DNA from: Anaerolineales bacterium
Lineage (GTDB): Bacteria > Chloroflexota > Anaerolineae > Anaerolineales > E44-bin32
DNA length: 64,000 nt
Direction of reading: 5' to 3'
Assembly: GCA_046759305.1 (NCBI GenBank)
Contig: JBHIBY010000001.1
Coordinates: 4,339-68,338, forward strand
In this document: positions 9,045-17,583 of the stretch, in pieces
Layout: each line of letters opens with the position of its first letter
How positions within the stretch are numbered: position 1 is the stretch's first letter
Program-made: the position numbers and the translations under genes
The notes under the pieces: generated by a model
The model's database searches: none
What the model was told of the DNA's origin: nothing
The model's input: only the letters and a program-made list of their open reading frames with translations

Positions 9045-10412
9045 ATGACGTCCTGGCACACGATCGATGAAGCTATTGATCGCAAGCTTGGCGCATCTCT
9101 TGATGAACTGGGGAGTTTGTGTGCTGTGCCAAGTGTTTCTGCTCAGGGTACCGCGATGCGCGAATGTGCAGTGCTGGTGGTCAACATGCTGGAGGCCAGG
9201 GGATTTGAAGCGCGGATCATCGCGACCGATGGACACCCTATCGTCTATGCCGAGCGCTCTGGGAAAAGTGACCGCACGTTGCTTCTTTACAACCACTACG
9301 ACGTGCAGCCTGCTGAGCCGCTAGACCTGTGGGAGACGCCTCCCTTTGAACCTAGCCGCCGCGATGGCAAGATGTTTGCTCGCGGTGTCAGTGATGACAA
9401 AGGGCATATCCAATGCCGGCTCGCGGCCATCGACGCATTTCTGGAGATCGAGGGAGAGCTACCTTGCAACGTGAAATTCATTATTGAGGGTGAAGAGGAG
9501 ACCGGGAGCGTACACCTACCGGCGTTCATTCAAGAGCACAAAGAACTGCTAGCGGCAGATGCTTGCCTATGGGAGTTCGGAGGAGTGAATGTGGAGGGGG
9601 ATCCTGTACAGTACGCGGGGATGCGCGGCATTTGCTACTTTGAGCTTAGCGTTGAGACCGCCTCGCAAGACTCACACTCTGGCGAAACCGGGTCCATTTT
9701 TCAAAATGCGGCCTGGCGGCTTATTTGGGCTTTGCGGTCACTGAAGGGAACCGATGAGCTCATTCGTCTTCCAGGCTTTTATGATCGGGTGATCCCACCC
9801 TCCGATCGGGATCTGGAGTTGCTCTCAGGACTTCCCGACCCGACTAGCTATTATCAGGAACACTACGGAATCAAAGACTATCTCAAGGGCGTTGAAGGTG
9901 GCTTGGAATTGCGCAAAGAAATGGTCTTTGTGCCTACCTGCACCGTGTGTGGGCTCACGGCCGGGTATCAAGGTGCCGGCAGTAAAACTGTCCTTCCCGC
10001 TCGTGCAAGTGCCAAAGTGGATTTTCGTCTGGTTCCAGACCAGCGACCTGATGAGGTCCTGGAGCAGCTCCGCAGTCATCTCGACCAAGGCGGATTCACC
10101 GATGTCGAGATCGAGTGGTTGGGCGGTGGCCCACCAGGTCGGACGGACCCGGACGATGCGTTCCTGCAACTGGTGGTCAAAACTGCCGAAGATGTCTATG
10201 GCACGCCGCAGATCATTGAGCCTTTAACAGGTGGTTCGGGGCCGAACCATACGTTCCTTCATGATCTTGGCTTACCGGTAGCAACCGCAGGTATTGGATA
10301 CCCTGGTACACGGGCGCACGCACCGAACGAAAACATCGTAATCGACAATTTCGTCAAGGGTGCCCGGCATACCGCGCGTATATTGGGCGAGTTTGGTAAC
10401 GGGGAGGAATAG
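9045..10412 (+). CDS. M20-family metallopeptidase (dipeptidase/deacylase)
   Basis: Has NHYDVQP, SDDKG and EGEEETGS metal/catalytic motifs. The SD AGGAGGG precedes the ATG. Confidence 0.85.
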   Translation: MTSWHTIDEAIDRKLGASLDELGSLCAVPSVSAQGTAMRECAVLVVNMLEARGFEARIIATDGHPIVYAERSGKSDRTLLLYNHYDVQPAEPLDLWETPPFEPSRRDGKMFARGVSDDKGHIQCRLAAIDAFLEIEGELPCNVKFIIEGEEETGSVHLPAFIQEHKELLAADACLWEFGGVNVEGDPVQYAGMRGICYFELSVETASQDSHSGETGSIFQNAAWRLIWALRSLKGTDELIRLPGFYDRVIPPSDRDLELLSGLPDPTSYYQEHYGIKDYLKGVEGGLELRKEMVFVPTCTVCGLTAGYQGAGSKTVLPARASAKVDFRLVPDQRPDEVLEQLRSHLDQGGFTDVEIEWLGGGPPGRTDPDDAFLQLVVKTAEDVYGTPQIIEPLTGGSGPNHTFLHDLGLPVATAGIGYPGTRAHAPNENIVIDNFVKGARHTARILGEFGNGEE

Positions 10413-10476
10413 CCATTGATTCCCTATTTCCCGCCGGGTTCTCTCGCCCGTCAACTGGAACTTTGAGGTTCTGGAC

Positions 10477-10482
10477 TATAAT
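10477..10482 (+). promoter_or_regulatory. Candidate -10 box (TATAAT) for tRNA-Pro
   Basis: A perfect TATAAT lies 13 nt upstream of the mature tRNA 5' end. I found no convincing -35. Confidence 0.3.
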
Positions 10483-10495
10483 CCTTGCCGAACAT

Positions 10496-10569
10496 CGGGG
10501 CGTGGCGCAGCCCGGTAGCGCACCTGCATGGGGTGCAGGGGGTCGGCGGTTCAAATCCGCCCGCCCCGA
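10496..10569 (+). tRNA. tRNA-Pro (anticodon GGG)
   Basis: Hand-folded cloverleaf: acceptor CGGGGCG/CGCCCCG, D stem GCGC/GCGC, anticodon stem CCTGC/GCAGG with loop AT-GGG-GT, T arm GGCGG-TTCAAAT-CCGCC. No encoded CCA. Confidence 0.9.
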
Positions 10570-10573
10570 CTGG

Positions 10574-10603
10574 AGACCGTCGAGAACATTCGACGGTCTT
10601 TCA
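10574..10603 (+). terminator. Hairpin terminator after tRNA-Pro
   Basis: AGACCGTCGA-GAACAT-TCGACGGTCT (10-bp perfect stem) followed by TTC. The T-tract is short. Confidence 0.5.
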
Positions 10604-10614
10604 CGTTAGGTGAC

Positions 10615-11343
10615 ATGAGAGTTCAGCTTCTCGCAACCTGCATCGTCGACAGTCTCTTTCCGGAAATCGGGGAGGCGACAGTCGAAGTGCTGGCGAGGGC
10701 CGGCGCAAGCCCGAGCTTTCCATCTGCGCAGACCTGCTGTGGGCAGCCGCTGCTGAATGCTGGATACCCCGCCGAGGCTCGCAATCTCGCTGAGCACACG
10801 ATTGAAGCATTTTCGGATGACGCACCCGTCGTCGTCCCTTCTGGTTCCTGCACGGACATGATCCGTCACCGCTACCCCGAATTATTCGCAAACGATCCAA
10901 AGATGTTGCGAAGGGCGCGCGAACTCGCAGAGCGGACCTATGAATTGAGCGAATTTCTGATCGACCAGTTGATGATCTCCGATGTGGAATCTCCCTCCAC
11001 GATGTACATCGCCTACCACCCCGCATGCCACCTGCTGCGGGGACTGGGCATCGATCGGCAGCCCATCGAATTACTGCAAGCGATTCCTGGAAGTTCGGTT
11101 GAACGCCTCGAGCCAGAGTGCTGCGGATTTGGGGGGTTGTTCTCCGTGGATCACGCTCCCATCTCGAAAGAGATGCTAGCGAGAACGATTCAAAAGATCG
11201 AAGATTCGGGTGCGGAAGTAGTCGTGGGTTGCGACGCGAGCTGTCTGATGCAGATCGAGGGTGGCCTTCGAAGCGCTGGATCCAGTTTGCGCTGTTCACA
11301 TCTCTCGCAGGTACTGGCAGGTCAAGAGCCCGGATTGAGATGA
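10615..11343 (+). CDS. lutA: Lactate utilization protein A (Fe-S oxidoreductase, CCG-domain)
   Basis: MRVQLLATCIVDSLFPE, with two CCG motifs (TCCGQP, ECCGFGG). The track's start at 10528 would overlap the tRNA, so the ATG at 10615 is used. Confidence 0.85.
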   Translation: MRVQLLATCIVDSLFPEIGEATVEVLARAGASPSFPSAQTCCGQPLLNAGYPAEARNLAEHTIEAFSDDAPVVVPSGSCTDMIRHRYPELFANDPKMLRRARELAERTYELSEFLIDQLMISDVESPSTMYIAYHPACHLLRGLGIDRQPIELLQAIPGSSVERLEPECCGFGGLFSVDHAPISKEMLARTIQKIEDSGAEVVVGCDASCLMQIEGGLRSAGSSLRCSHLSQVLAGQEPGLR

Positions 11344-13355
11344 ATTCTCCTTTCCTGACAAAAGCTCAAAAGGCGATTCAAGACCCTCAGCTTCAGGAGC
11401 TGCTCGATAGAAATGCGGACTCGCGTCGTCAGCGACGGGAGTCCGCCCTCCACCAACTACCAGATGCGACGGAACTCCGCCAGCAAGCCAAAACAATTCG
11501 CCGTGCGACCATTTCGAATCTTGCTTCCCACTTAGAGACATTCGCAACTCGCTTAGGTGAGAACGGCATCAAAGTCCACAGAGCAGCGGACGGGGCGGAA
11601 GCCGGTCGAATTGTGATTCAGATCGCTGAGCAACACGGCGCCAAGCTTGTCGCCAAATCGAAATCAATGGTGACCGAGGAGATCGGCCTCAACAAAACAT
11701 TGGAATCCGCGGGAATCCAGGCGGTCGAAACTGACTTGGGGGAGTACATCGTGCAGCTTCGGGGTGAGCCTCCGGCGCATATCCTGACACCTGCACTTCA
11801 CCTGACAAAAGAGCAGGTTGCTGAGACATTCAACGAAAAGCTTGATTTAGAGGTGTTTCCAGACGTCGTAGAAATCAACCGCGCTGCACGCAACAATCTG
11901 CGCGAGGTGTTCTTCACGGCTCCGATCGGCCTCACGGGTGTGAATTTCGGTGTTGCTGAGACCGGGACGCTTTGCCTCGTGACCAATGAAGGCAACGGAC
12001 GAATGGTCAACTCGCTGCCCCCTATACACATCGCGGTGATGGGGATCGAGAGGCTGGTGCCCACAATGGAAGACCTGGCAGTGATGCTCCGCTTACTGCC
12101 CCGCTCGGCGACCGGGCAGAAAATCACCAACTACGTTTCACTTGTCAGCGCGCCGCGCCGCGACACAGAGCCGGATGGCGCAGATGAGCGGCATGTGATC
12201 CTGGTAGACAACGGTCGCGGTGCGTTGTTGAGTACGCCCCTCGCTGAATCCTTGGACTGCATCCGCTGCGGGGCATGTCTCAACGCATGCCCAGTCTTTC
12301 GCGAGACTGGAGGTCATTCCTACGGTAGCGTTTATTCTGGCCCGATCGGATCAGTAGTTTCGCCCGCGCTCTTTGGGATGGCCGAATTTGGCCACCTTGC
12401 TAAAGCCTCTTCTTTGTGTGGCGCCTGCATGGACGCTTGTCCGGTAGGGATCGACATACCCGGCATGCTCCTGAGAGTCCGATCGGCAACTCCATCGACA
12501 ATCCCACCGATTGAACGCGGTCTCAAAACATACGCTTGGCTTGCCCGATCGCCCCGGCGGTTCCGCTGGGCACAGCGAATAGCAGCTCTCGCACCCCGAT
12601 TCTTGCCGATACAGGCAGACTGGATCACATCACTCCCTGGTCCTTTAGCTGAATGGACAAATTTCCGGCATTTTCCTGGATTTGCGGTTCGTCCTTTGCG
12701 CGCGAGGTTGCGCAAAATGAGACTAGATGTTCAACCTCGCAACCCCGAGATACAGCCACCCGCGGAGACCGTTCCCCTTCCGGAGCTAGATGTAGACGAA
12801 ACGAAAGTGGACGATTTCGAGCTTGAGCTGAAAGAGCTGGGCGGCGAAGTCATTCGCTGTTCCGAGAGCGATGCAGTAGATCGCATTGTGGGCGAGCTTT
12901 ACGTTCTGGGAGCCTCGCGGGTGCTGAGCTGGGGTAAGGTGGAGCCGATCCTCTTCACCATGTTGCAGAGGCTTGAGGAGGAATTCCAAGTTACATATCC
13001 TGAGCTGGCATCTGGACGAAAAAGAAGCTCTACCCTGACTGAATTGGATCAGTCGCAGGTAGGGATAACCGGCTCAATTGCTGCTTTTGCAGATACAGGC
13101 ACCGTCGTGCTTTCAACCGCTAGCCGGCGCTCTCTAATCCCATCGATGCTTCCGGCAACGCATCTTGTCATCGTACGTACAAAAGACATCTATCCAAACT
13201 TGGAGGCCTGGCTCGAAGCCGGCGGTAGGCACTACGTAGCGAACAGTTCTAACGTTGTTTTCATTAGTGGCCCATCGAGAACTGCAGACATTGAGATGAG
13301 CCTGACCATAGGGGTTCACGGTCCCGGTCAGGTGGTTGCAGTTGTGATCGAGTAG
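11340..13355 (+). CDS. lutB: Fused lactate utilization protein B-C (4Fe-4S LutB domain plus C-terminal LUD/LutC domain)
   Basis: The ATG overlaps the lutA stop (ATGA). Ferredoxin motifs CIRCGACLNACP and CGACMDACP lie mid-protein. The C-terminal ~200 aa end with FISGPSRTADIE, which is typical of LutC. Confidence 0.82.
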   Translation: MNSPFLTKAQKAIQDPQLQELLDRNADSRRQRRESALHQLPDATELRQQAKTIRRATISNLASHLETFATRLGENGIKVHRAADGAEAGRIVIQIAEQHGAKLVAKSKSMVTEEIGLNKTLESAGIQAVETDLGEYIVQLRGEPPAHILTPALHLTKEQVAETFNEKLDLEVFPDVVEINRAARNNLREVFFTAPIGLTGVNFGVAETGTLCLVTNEGNGRMVNSLPPIHIAVMGIERLVPTMEDLAVMLRLLPRSATGQKITNYVSLVSAPRRDTEPDGADERHVILVDNGRGALLSTPLAESLDCIRCGACLNACPVFRETGGHSYGSVYSGPIGSVVSPALFGMAEFGHLAKASSLCGACMDACPVGIDIPGMLLRVRSATPSTIPPIERGLKTYAWLARSPRRFRWAQRIAALAPRFLPIQADWITSLPGPLAEWTNFRHFPGFAVRPLRARLRKMRLDVQPRNPEIQPPAETVPLPELDVDETKVDDFELELKELGGEVIRCSESDAVDRIVGELYVLGASRVLSWGKVEPILFTMLQRLEEEFQVTYPELASGRKRSSTLTELDQSQVGITGSIAAFADTGTVVLSTASRRSLIPSMLPATHLVIVRTKDIYPNLEAWLEAGGRHYVANSSNVVFISGPSRTADIEMSLTIGVHGPGQVVAVVIE

Positions 13356-13424
13356 TCACGCTCCTGGGATCTGACACGCTTTGACCCATAAGCTTTGCTG
13401 AATGATTTATTCACAGCAGGCTTA

Positions 13425-14321
13425 CTACTCGATCTCCCCGAGCTGCTTTCCCACCAGCGTTTCAAGAACGCCCACCACCGCAGAATTATCCAGATCACGC
13501 ATTCCGAGTTGAAGCATGGCTTCATACATCTGCATGTGGCTAGCAGTAGCCGGCAGCGGCATGCCGTATGACCTGGCGGTATCGAGCACAATGCCAAGAT
13601 CCTTGTGCATCATGTAAGCCTTAAACCCTGGGCCACGCTCACCCGCAAACAGCCGCGGTGGCTTCATATCGAGTGCCCAGCACTGGGCGGCGCCACCTTG
13701 GATGGCCTCTACAACTCTTTCGGGCGACACGCCGGCTCTTTGTGCGAGCATCAGCAGCTCGCCCATTGCCACCATTTGAGCCGCTACCATCACCTGATTG
13801 CAAGCCTTGGCCACCTGGCCGGCTCCGCTTTCCCCAACGTAGGTGATTGTTTCTCCCATAGCTTCGAATACCGGCAGCGCCTGATCAAATGCCTCTCTCG
13901 GTCCACCGACCATGATCGCTAAGGTCCCCGCCTTGGCTCCGACATCACCACCGGATACGGGTGCATCCAGCGCCGACACGCCGTTTTCGGACAGCGCTTG
14001 GGCTATGCCTCGCGCAGTTTCAGGTTTGATGGTGCTGTTGTCTATATAGATCGTTCCCTGGGAGGCACCCTCCAATATGCCATCAGACCCCAGGACGACT
14101 TTCTCAACGTCAGGAGAATCCGGCAAATTAGTGATGACAACTTTGCTGGCTTCGGCGACCTCGCGCGGCGACTGGGCTTGTGAGGCGCCCAGTGAAACCA
14201 AATCCTCAACTGCCTCGCGGGATCGATTATGTACGGTCAGTTCAAAACCGGATTTCAGCAAATTCAAAGCGATGGGTTTCCCCATCAATCCCAGGCCGAT
14301 GTAGCCAATTCGTCTAACCAT
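13425..14321 (-). CDS. Beta-hydroxyacid dehydrogenase (3-hydroxyisobutyrate / tartronate semialdehyde reductase family)
   Basis: IGYIGLGLMGKPIALNL NAD-binding motif, and a later SGG/KACNQ region. I prefer the ATG at 14321, preceded by GGAGG-N7, over the track's TTG at 14342. Confidence 0.85.
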   Translation of the reverse strand: MVRRIGYIGLGLMGKPIALNLLKSGFELTVHNRSREAVEDLVSLGASQAQSPREVAEASKVVITNLPDSPDVEKVVLGSDGILEGASQGTIYIDNSTIKPETARGIAQALSENGVSALDAPVSGGDVGAKAGTLAIMVGGPREAFDQALPVFEAMGETITYVGESGAGQVAKACNQVMVAAQMVAMGELLMLAQRAGVSPERVVEAIQGGAAQCWALDMKPPRLFAGERGPGFKAYMMHKDLGIVLDTARSYGMPLPATASHMQMYEAMLQLGMRDLDNSAVVGVLETLVGKQLGEIE

Positions 14322-14362
14322 TCGGTGACCTCCAGATATCAAGTATTTTTACTTAAGTGGCA

Positions 14363-14383
14363 ACGCCGCGCAGGGCGCGGCGT
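14363..14383 (-). terminator. GC-rich hairpin downstream of the YtfJ-like gene
   Basis: ACGCCGCG-CAGGG-CGCGGCGT, an 8-bp stem. There is no clear U-tract. Confidence 0.35.
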
Positions 14384-14404
14384 CGTATGGACTGGGTACT
14401 ACAC

Positions 14405-14815
14405 TTACGTTAAACGTTTGCGGCTCATCCTCAACAGCATCCCAAGCATGAAGCCGGCCGCTGTGATCGCAGCTAGTGCCACCTTGGTTGGATCCATTAC
14501 AGGCTCAACATATGCTCCCTCAGGCGTAACTACGACGATAGCGACCGGTCGAGAGAGTGTGCGTCCACCTCCGCCACCACCGCCACCGGTTCCGACCTCC
14601 CCCTTTCCGCTCGTATCCACGCCTGCACCAGCTCCAACGCCAAAACCCAACAGGGTCAAATTCTCGGAGGCCGGAATCACAGCGATGTCACCCTGCTTGA
14701 TCGGACGGCCATAGACTTTCGAAACATCCGCCGCCTCGATCAGTTTCGATAGCGTTTCTTGAACCACCTCGTTTGCGCTATCGATATCAGGGAGTTCGAC
14801 TTCTTTGTCTGTCAT
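14405..14815 (-). CDS. YtfJ/GerW-family protein
   Basis: YGRPIKQGDIAVIPASE..GFGVGAGAG..GGGGGGGG..RPVAIVVV pattern, followed by a C-terminal hydrophobic helix. This resembles the Bacillus YtfJ/GerW family. Confidence 0.65.
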   Translation of the reverse strand: MTDKEVELPDIDSANEVVQETLSKLIEAADVSKVYGRPIKQGDIAVIPASENLTLLGFGVGAGAGVDTSGKGEVGTGGGGGGGGRTLSRPVAIVVVTPEGAYVEPVMDPTKVALAAITAAGFMLGMLLRMSRKRLT

Positions 14816-15111
14816 CGTTTATTCTCCATTGAGTTACCGCGCCCAAGCAGCAACCAAGCGGCCAGTCCCCCTAGGAATCCCATTGCCAGCAGTGCGACCT
14901 GGGCGATGCGAGTGACATCACGGATTGGTAATACAGCTTCGGTCCCATCGCTCCAATTCACTAAAACTCCGGCCGGCCGGTTCCAAACCAGACCCCCTGA
15001 AACTCCAGGCAACTGTACGATCGTCGCGCGCGATTGGGGAGTGATTTCGCCCTCTCCGAGCTTCAAGAACTTACCCAAATGATCTCTGGTGTCTACGTAT
15101 GGTCGGAGCAT
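14812..15111 (-). CDS. Hypothetical protein with C-terminal transmembrane helix
   Basis: 99-aa ORF. Its stop overlaps the YtfJ-like start (ATGA). C-terminal helix VALLAMGFLGGLAAWLLL. Confidence 0.45.
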   Translation of the reverse strand: MLRPYVDTRDHLGKFLKLGEGEITPQSRATIVQLPGVSGGLVWNRPAGVLVNWSDGTEAVLPIRDVTRIAQVALLAMGFLGGLAAWLLLGRGNSMENKR

Positions 15112-15164
15112 ATTCCAATAATAACAAAGACCGGACCCGGTAACATGTCGCTTTCAGACTCGCC

Positions 15165-17234
15165 TCAGTTGCTTGGAGAATCCGGTTTCGGTATCTCGTA
15201 GACGAGACCTGCGACGGAGCCCAGCTCACCTCCGACGACCAGCGGTAACTCCAACCGTACCTGGTCAAATAAGCAGAGCTCTTCCGCAACGGCTTTGCAA
15301 TAGTAGAGGTTGAGATCGGCGACTAGCTTCCCCCCACCCTCCCTAAAGCTGACTTCGAATTCCATCGGAAAGGTCGGACCCGGTATCGTCACATTTGCTT
15401 CATCCGGAATATCTGCGACATCTCCTTCAACGCTCCAGGTGACGGAAGTGGGGGCAAGATCATTGAACTTGTAGCCCTCAGGCGTTTGGACATCGATGAC
15501 TAGCGTGCCGGCACCGCCGGCAACCGTCGCAGGCTTGAGGGTCAATACAGCTCCTTGGTAATCAGCGGCGGCAGGCATAAATGCCTCGATCCCGCTTATC
15601 ACCAGGGTCGAGGTCTCACCCGTCTTTATATCAACCAAGCGGACAGCATGATTGTTTGTGTCCGCTACATACAGTACGTCCTCAACGAGATCCAGGCCCC
15701 CGGGTTCGTAGAAAAGAGGTTCCTCACCGTCTCGCCATCCATGATCCTCACCCAACCACGTTGTGACCTCTCCCGTGTCAGGATCAATGCGCTTAATCTT
15801 GCTGTTGTAGGTATCCGCGACATATATCAGCTCTCCGTCCGACACGACTCCGAGAGGGTGCTGCATGAGCGCTCCGGCCCCCACACCATCGAGATCGCCG
15901 AATTGAAACAGGTTCTGATCGCCGCCTGCCAGCGTACCTACCTCGGGAGAGTTACCAGTCAGCTCGACCCAGCGGATGCTGCTGCTTTCCGAATCTGCGA
16001 AATACAATCGGTCATTTGGTCCGAAGGCTAGGCCGCTCGGCTGCGCCAATTCTGCCCCCGCGCGCGGTCCATTCAGGGTGCCCTCCCCGCCGCTCCCAGC
16101 GGTTGGTTCGACAACACCATCGCTCAATCCAAGTTGCCAGATCTGATGCGAGCCCGCCATAGCGATGTAGAGATGATTTCCGTCCAGAGCTAGATCCCAG
16201 GGTGAGTTGAGCTCCACATCGGGCGCCAGACCCGCCATTGGCGGATAGCGATTGGCCTGGCTACCGGTGCCGACTACCGTATCCACCGTGCCGCCAACCA
16301 GATCGATGGCGCGGATCGCATGGTTGTCTACATCCGCCACATACAAGGTGTCTCCAGCAAGTGCCATGCCCTGCGGGTTGTAGAACTGTGCTTCCAAAGC
16401 TGCTCCATCCTGCAGGCCAGTCACGCCGGAGCCGAACACGGCCTGCACTTGCCCGTTCTCAATGTTGACTTGAAGGATCCGATGATGGTTTGTGTCCGCG
16501 ACGAACAGTCGACCTGCTGCTGGGTCCGCCAGCACTTTGCCTGGAAAGGACAGCACGGTGGAGGGCAAACCCTCTTTCTCTAGTTTGAGTTCGAGAGGAG
16601 TACGGTCCAAGATCTTCACCTCGTCGAATTCCTTCACGAGCGCAGCAATTACAGGCTTGAAGACCGGATACACACCCTCTCCGGAATGACCGCCGACCAC
16701 GTTTCCACTGGGATCAATCAGCACAAGCGTCGGCCAGGCACGAGCCCCCCAAGTGTTCCAGACAGTAAACTCATGATCGTTGATAACTGGATGTTCGAGA
16801 TCGTAGCGCAGGATGATCTGACGGATATTTTCTGTGTCCCCCTCATTCTCGAATTTCGCTGAATGCACCCCAACGACCACCAGTTCATTCGCGTATTCGG
16901 CTTCAAGTTGCTTGAGTCCGGGAAAGTTATGCATGCAGTTGATGCAGCCATAGGTCCAGAAATCCAGCAGGACCACCTTGCCGCGCAGATCTGCGATGGC
17001 CAGCGGCTGCTCGGTGTTAAGCCAGTCGAGGCCATCTGGGAATTCGGGGGCTGGAACGGTTCCTGCATACGATCGCACCTCTTCATCGACGACTTCATCA
17101 TTCTGCCTGCTCGATTCAGGGGCGCTAGACTCTGTGTGTTCCGCGACGGTCACGTCTTCACCGGTGGTCTCACCAACCGTGGGCGCGCATGCCGCAATTA
17201 TGAGAAAAGGGATTATTGGCAGACTGCGAATCAT
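15165..17234 (-). CDS. Thioredoxin-like (redoxin) domain plus NHL beta-propeller repeat lipoprotein
   Basis: The start at MIRSLPIIPFLIIAAC gives a signal peptide with a lipobox. Redoxin motif FWTYGCINC. It has multiple NHL-type repeats (LYVADxxNHxIR). Confidence 0.8.
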   Translation of the reverse strand: MIRSLPIIPFLIIAACAPTVGETTGEDVTVAEHTESSAPESSRQNDEVVDEEVRSYAGTVPAPEFPDGLDWLNTEQPLAIADLRGKVVLLDFWTYGCINCMHNFPGLKQLEAEYANELVVVGVHSAKFENEGDTENIRQIILRYDLEHPVINDHEFTVWNTWGARAWPTLVLIDPSGNVVGGHSGEGVYPVFKPVIAALVKEFDEVKILDRTPLELKLEKEGLPSTVLSFPGKVLADPAAGRLFVADTNHHRILQVNIENGQVQAVFGSGVTGLQDGAALEAQFYNPQGMALAGDTLYVADVDNHAIRAIDLVGGTVDTVVGTGSQANRYPPMAGLAPDVELNSPWDLALDGNHLYIAMAGSHQIWQLGLSDGVVEPTAGSGGEGTLNGPRAGAELAQPSGLAFGPNDRLYFADSESSSIRWVELTGNSPEVGTLAGGDQNLFQFGDLDGVGAGALMQHPLGVVSDGELIYVADTYNSKIKRIDPDTGEVTTWLGEDHGWRDGEEPLFYEPGGLDLVEDVLYVADTNNHAVRLVDIKTGETSTLVISGIEAFMPAAADYQGAVLTLKPATVAGGAGTLVIDVQTPEGYKFNDLAPTSVTWSVEGDVADIPDEANVTIPGPTFPMEFEVSFREGGGKLVADLNLYYCKAVAEELCLFDQVRLELPLVVGGELGSVAGLVYEIPKPDSPSN

Positions 17235-17289
17235 CCTCGAGACACCATGACTATGTCGAGTTTTGTAGCACCTTTGCATTAACAAATGC

Positions 17290-17319
17290 TTACCGCCGCT
17301 CGATCGGTTGGGATAGAAT
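17290..17319 (+). promoter_or_regulatory. Candidate promoter for tRNA-Arg
   Basis: TTACCG, an 18-nt spacer, then TAGAAT. The -10 ends 9 nt before the tRNA 5' end. Confidence 0.3.
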
Positions 17320-17328
17320 TTGACTAAC

Positions 17329-17401
17329 GCCCCTGTAGCTCAGTTGGATAGAGCACCGCCCTCCGGAGGCGGGTGCCGGCGTTCGAGTCGCCGCAGGGGT
17401 A
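17329..17401 (+). tRNA. tRNA-Arg (anticodon CCG)
   Basis: Hand-folded: acceptor GCCCCTG/CAGGGGT (G1:U72 wobble), D stem GCTC/GAGC, anticodon stem CCGCC/GGCGG with loop CT-CCG-GA, T arm CGGCG-TTCGAGT-CGCCG. Confidence 0.88.
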
Positions 17402-17583
17402 CTTTTGCAGGAAATAGAACAGGCCCCATGCGTTGCGTGGGGTCGTTCGCTTCTAATTGATGCTAATCACGCGATGGGGTCGATCTATGGCGATGTAATC
17501 CACATGATGCGTGAAGCCGTTTCATCCTTGGTCACGCAATCCGCGCTTCTTGCCGTGAGCTTCCCGCTTGCGTTTGGGTGGGC

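Noticed and set aside
10528-10614. N-terminal extension of lutA in the track (start 10528)
   Set aside because: It would run through tRNA-Pro and its terminator hairpin. The conserved LutA N-terminus begins at the ATG at 10615.
10601-11299. 232-aa minus-strand ORF
   Set aside because: It is antisense to lutA and its composition is dominated by Arg/Ser/Pro.
11118-11339. N-terminal extension of lutB in the track (start 11118)
   Set aside because: It overlaps the 3' third of lutA in another frame. The ATG at 11340 forms an ATGA junction with the lutA stop and gives a typical LutB N-terminus.
14229-14714. Plus-strand ORF containing a poly-proline run (PPPPPPPP)
   Set aside because: It is the antisense reading of the GGN-encoded glycine tract of the YtfJ-like gene.
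10412-17420. Integrated mobile element or genomic island next to tRNA-Pro or tRNA-Arg
   Set aside because: No integrase, recombinase or direct repeat of the tRNA 3' end was seen flanking either tRNA. The neighbouring genes are ordinary metabolic genes.
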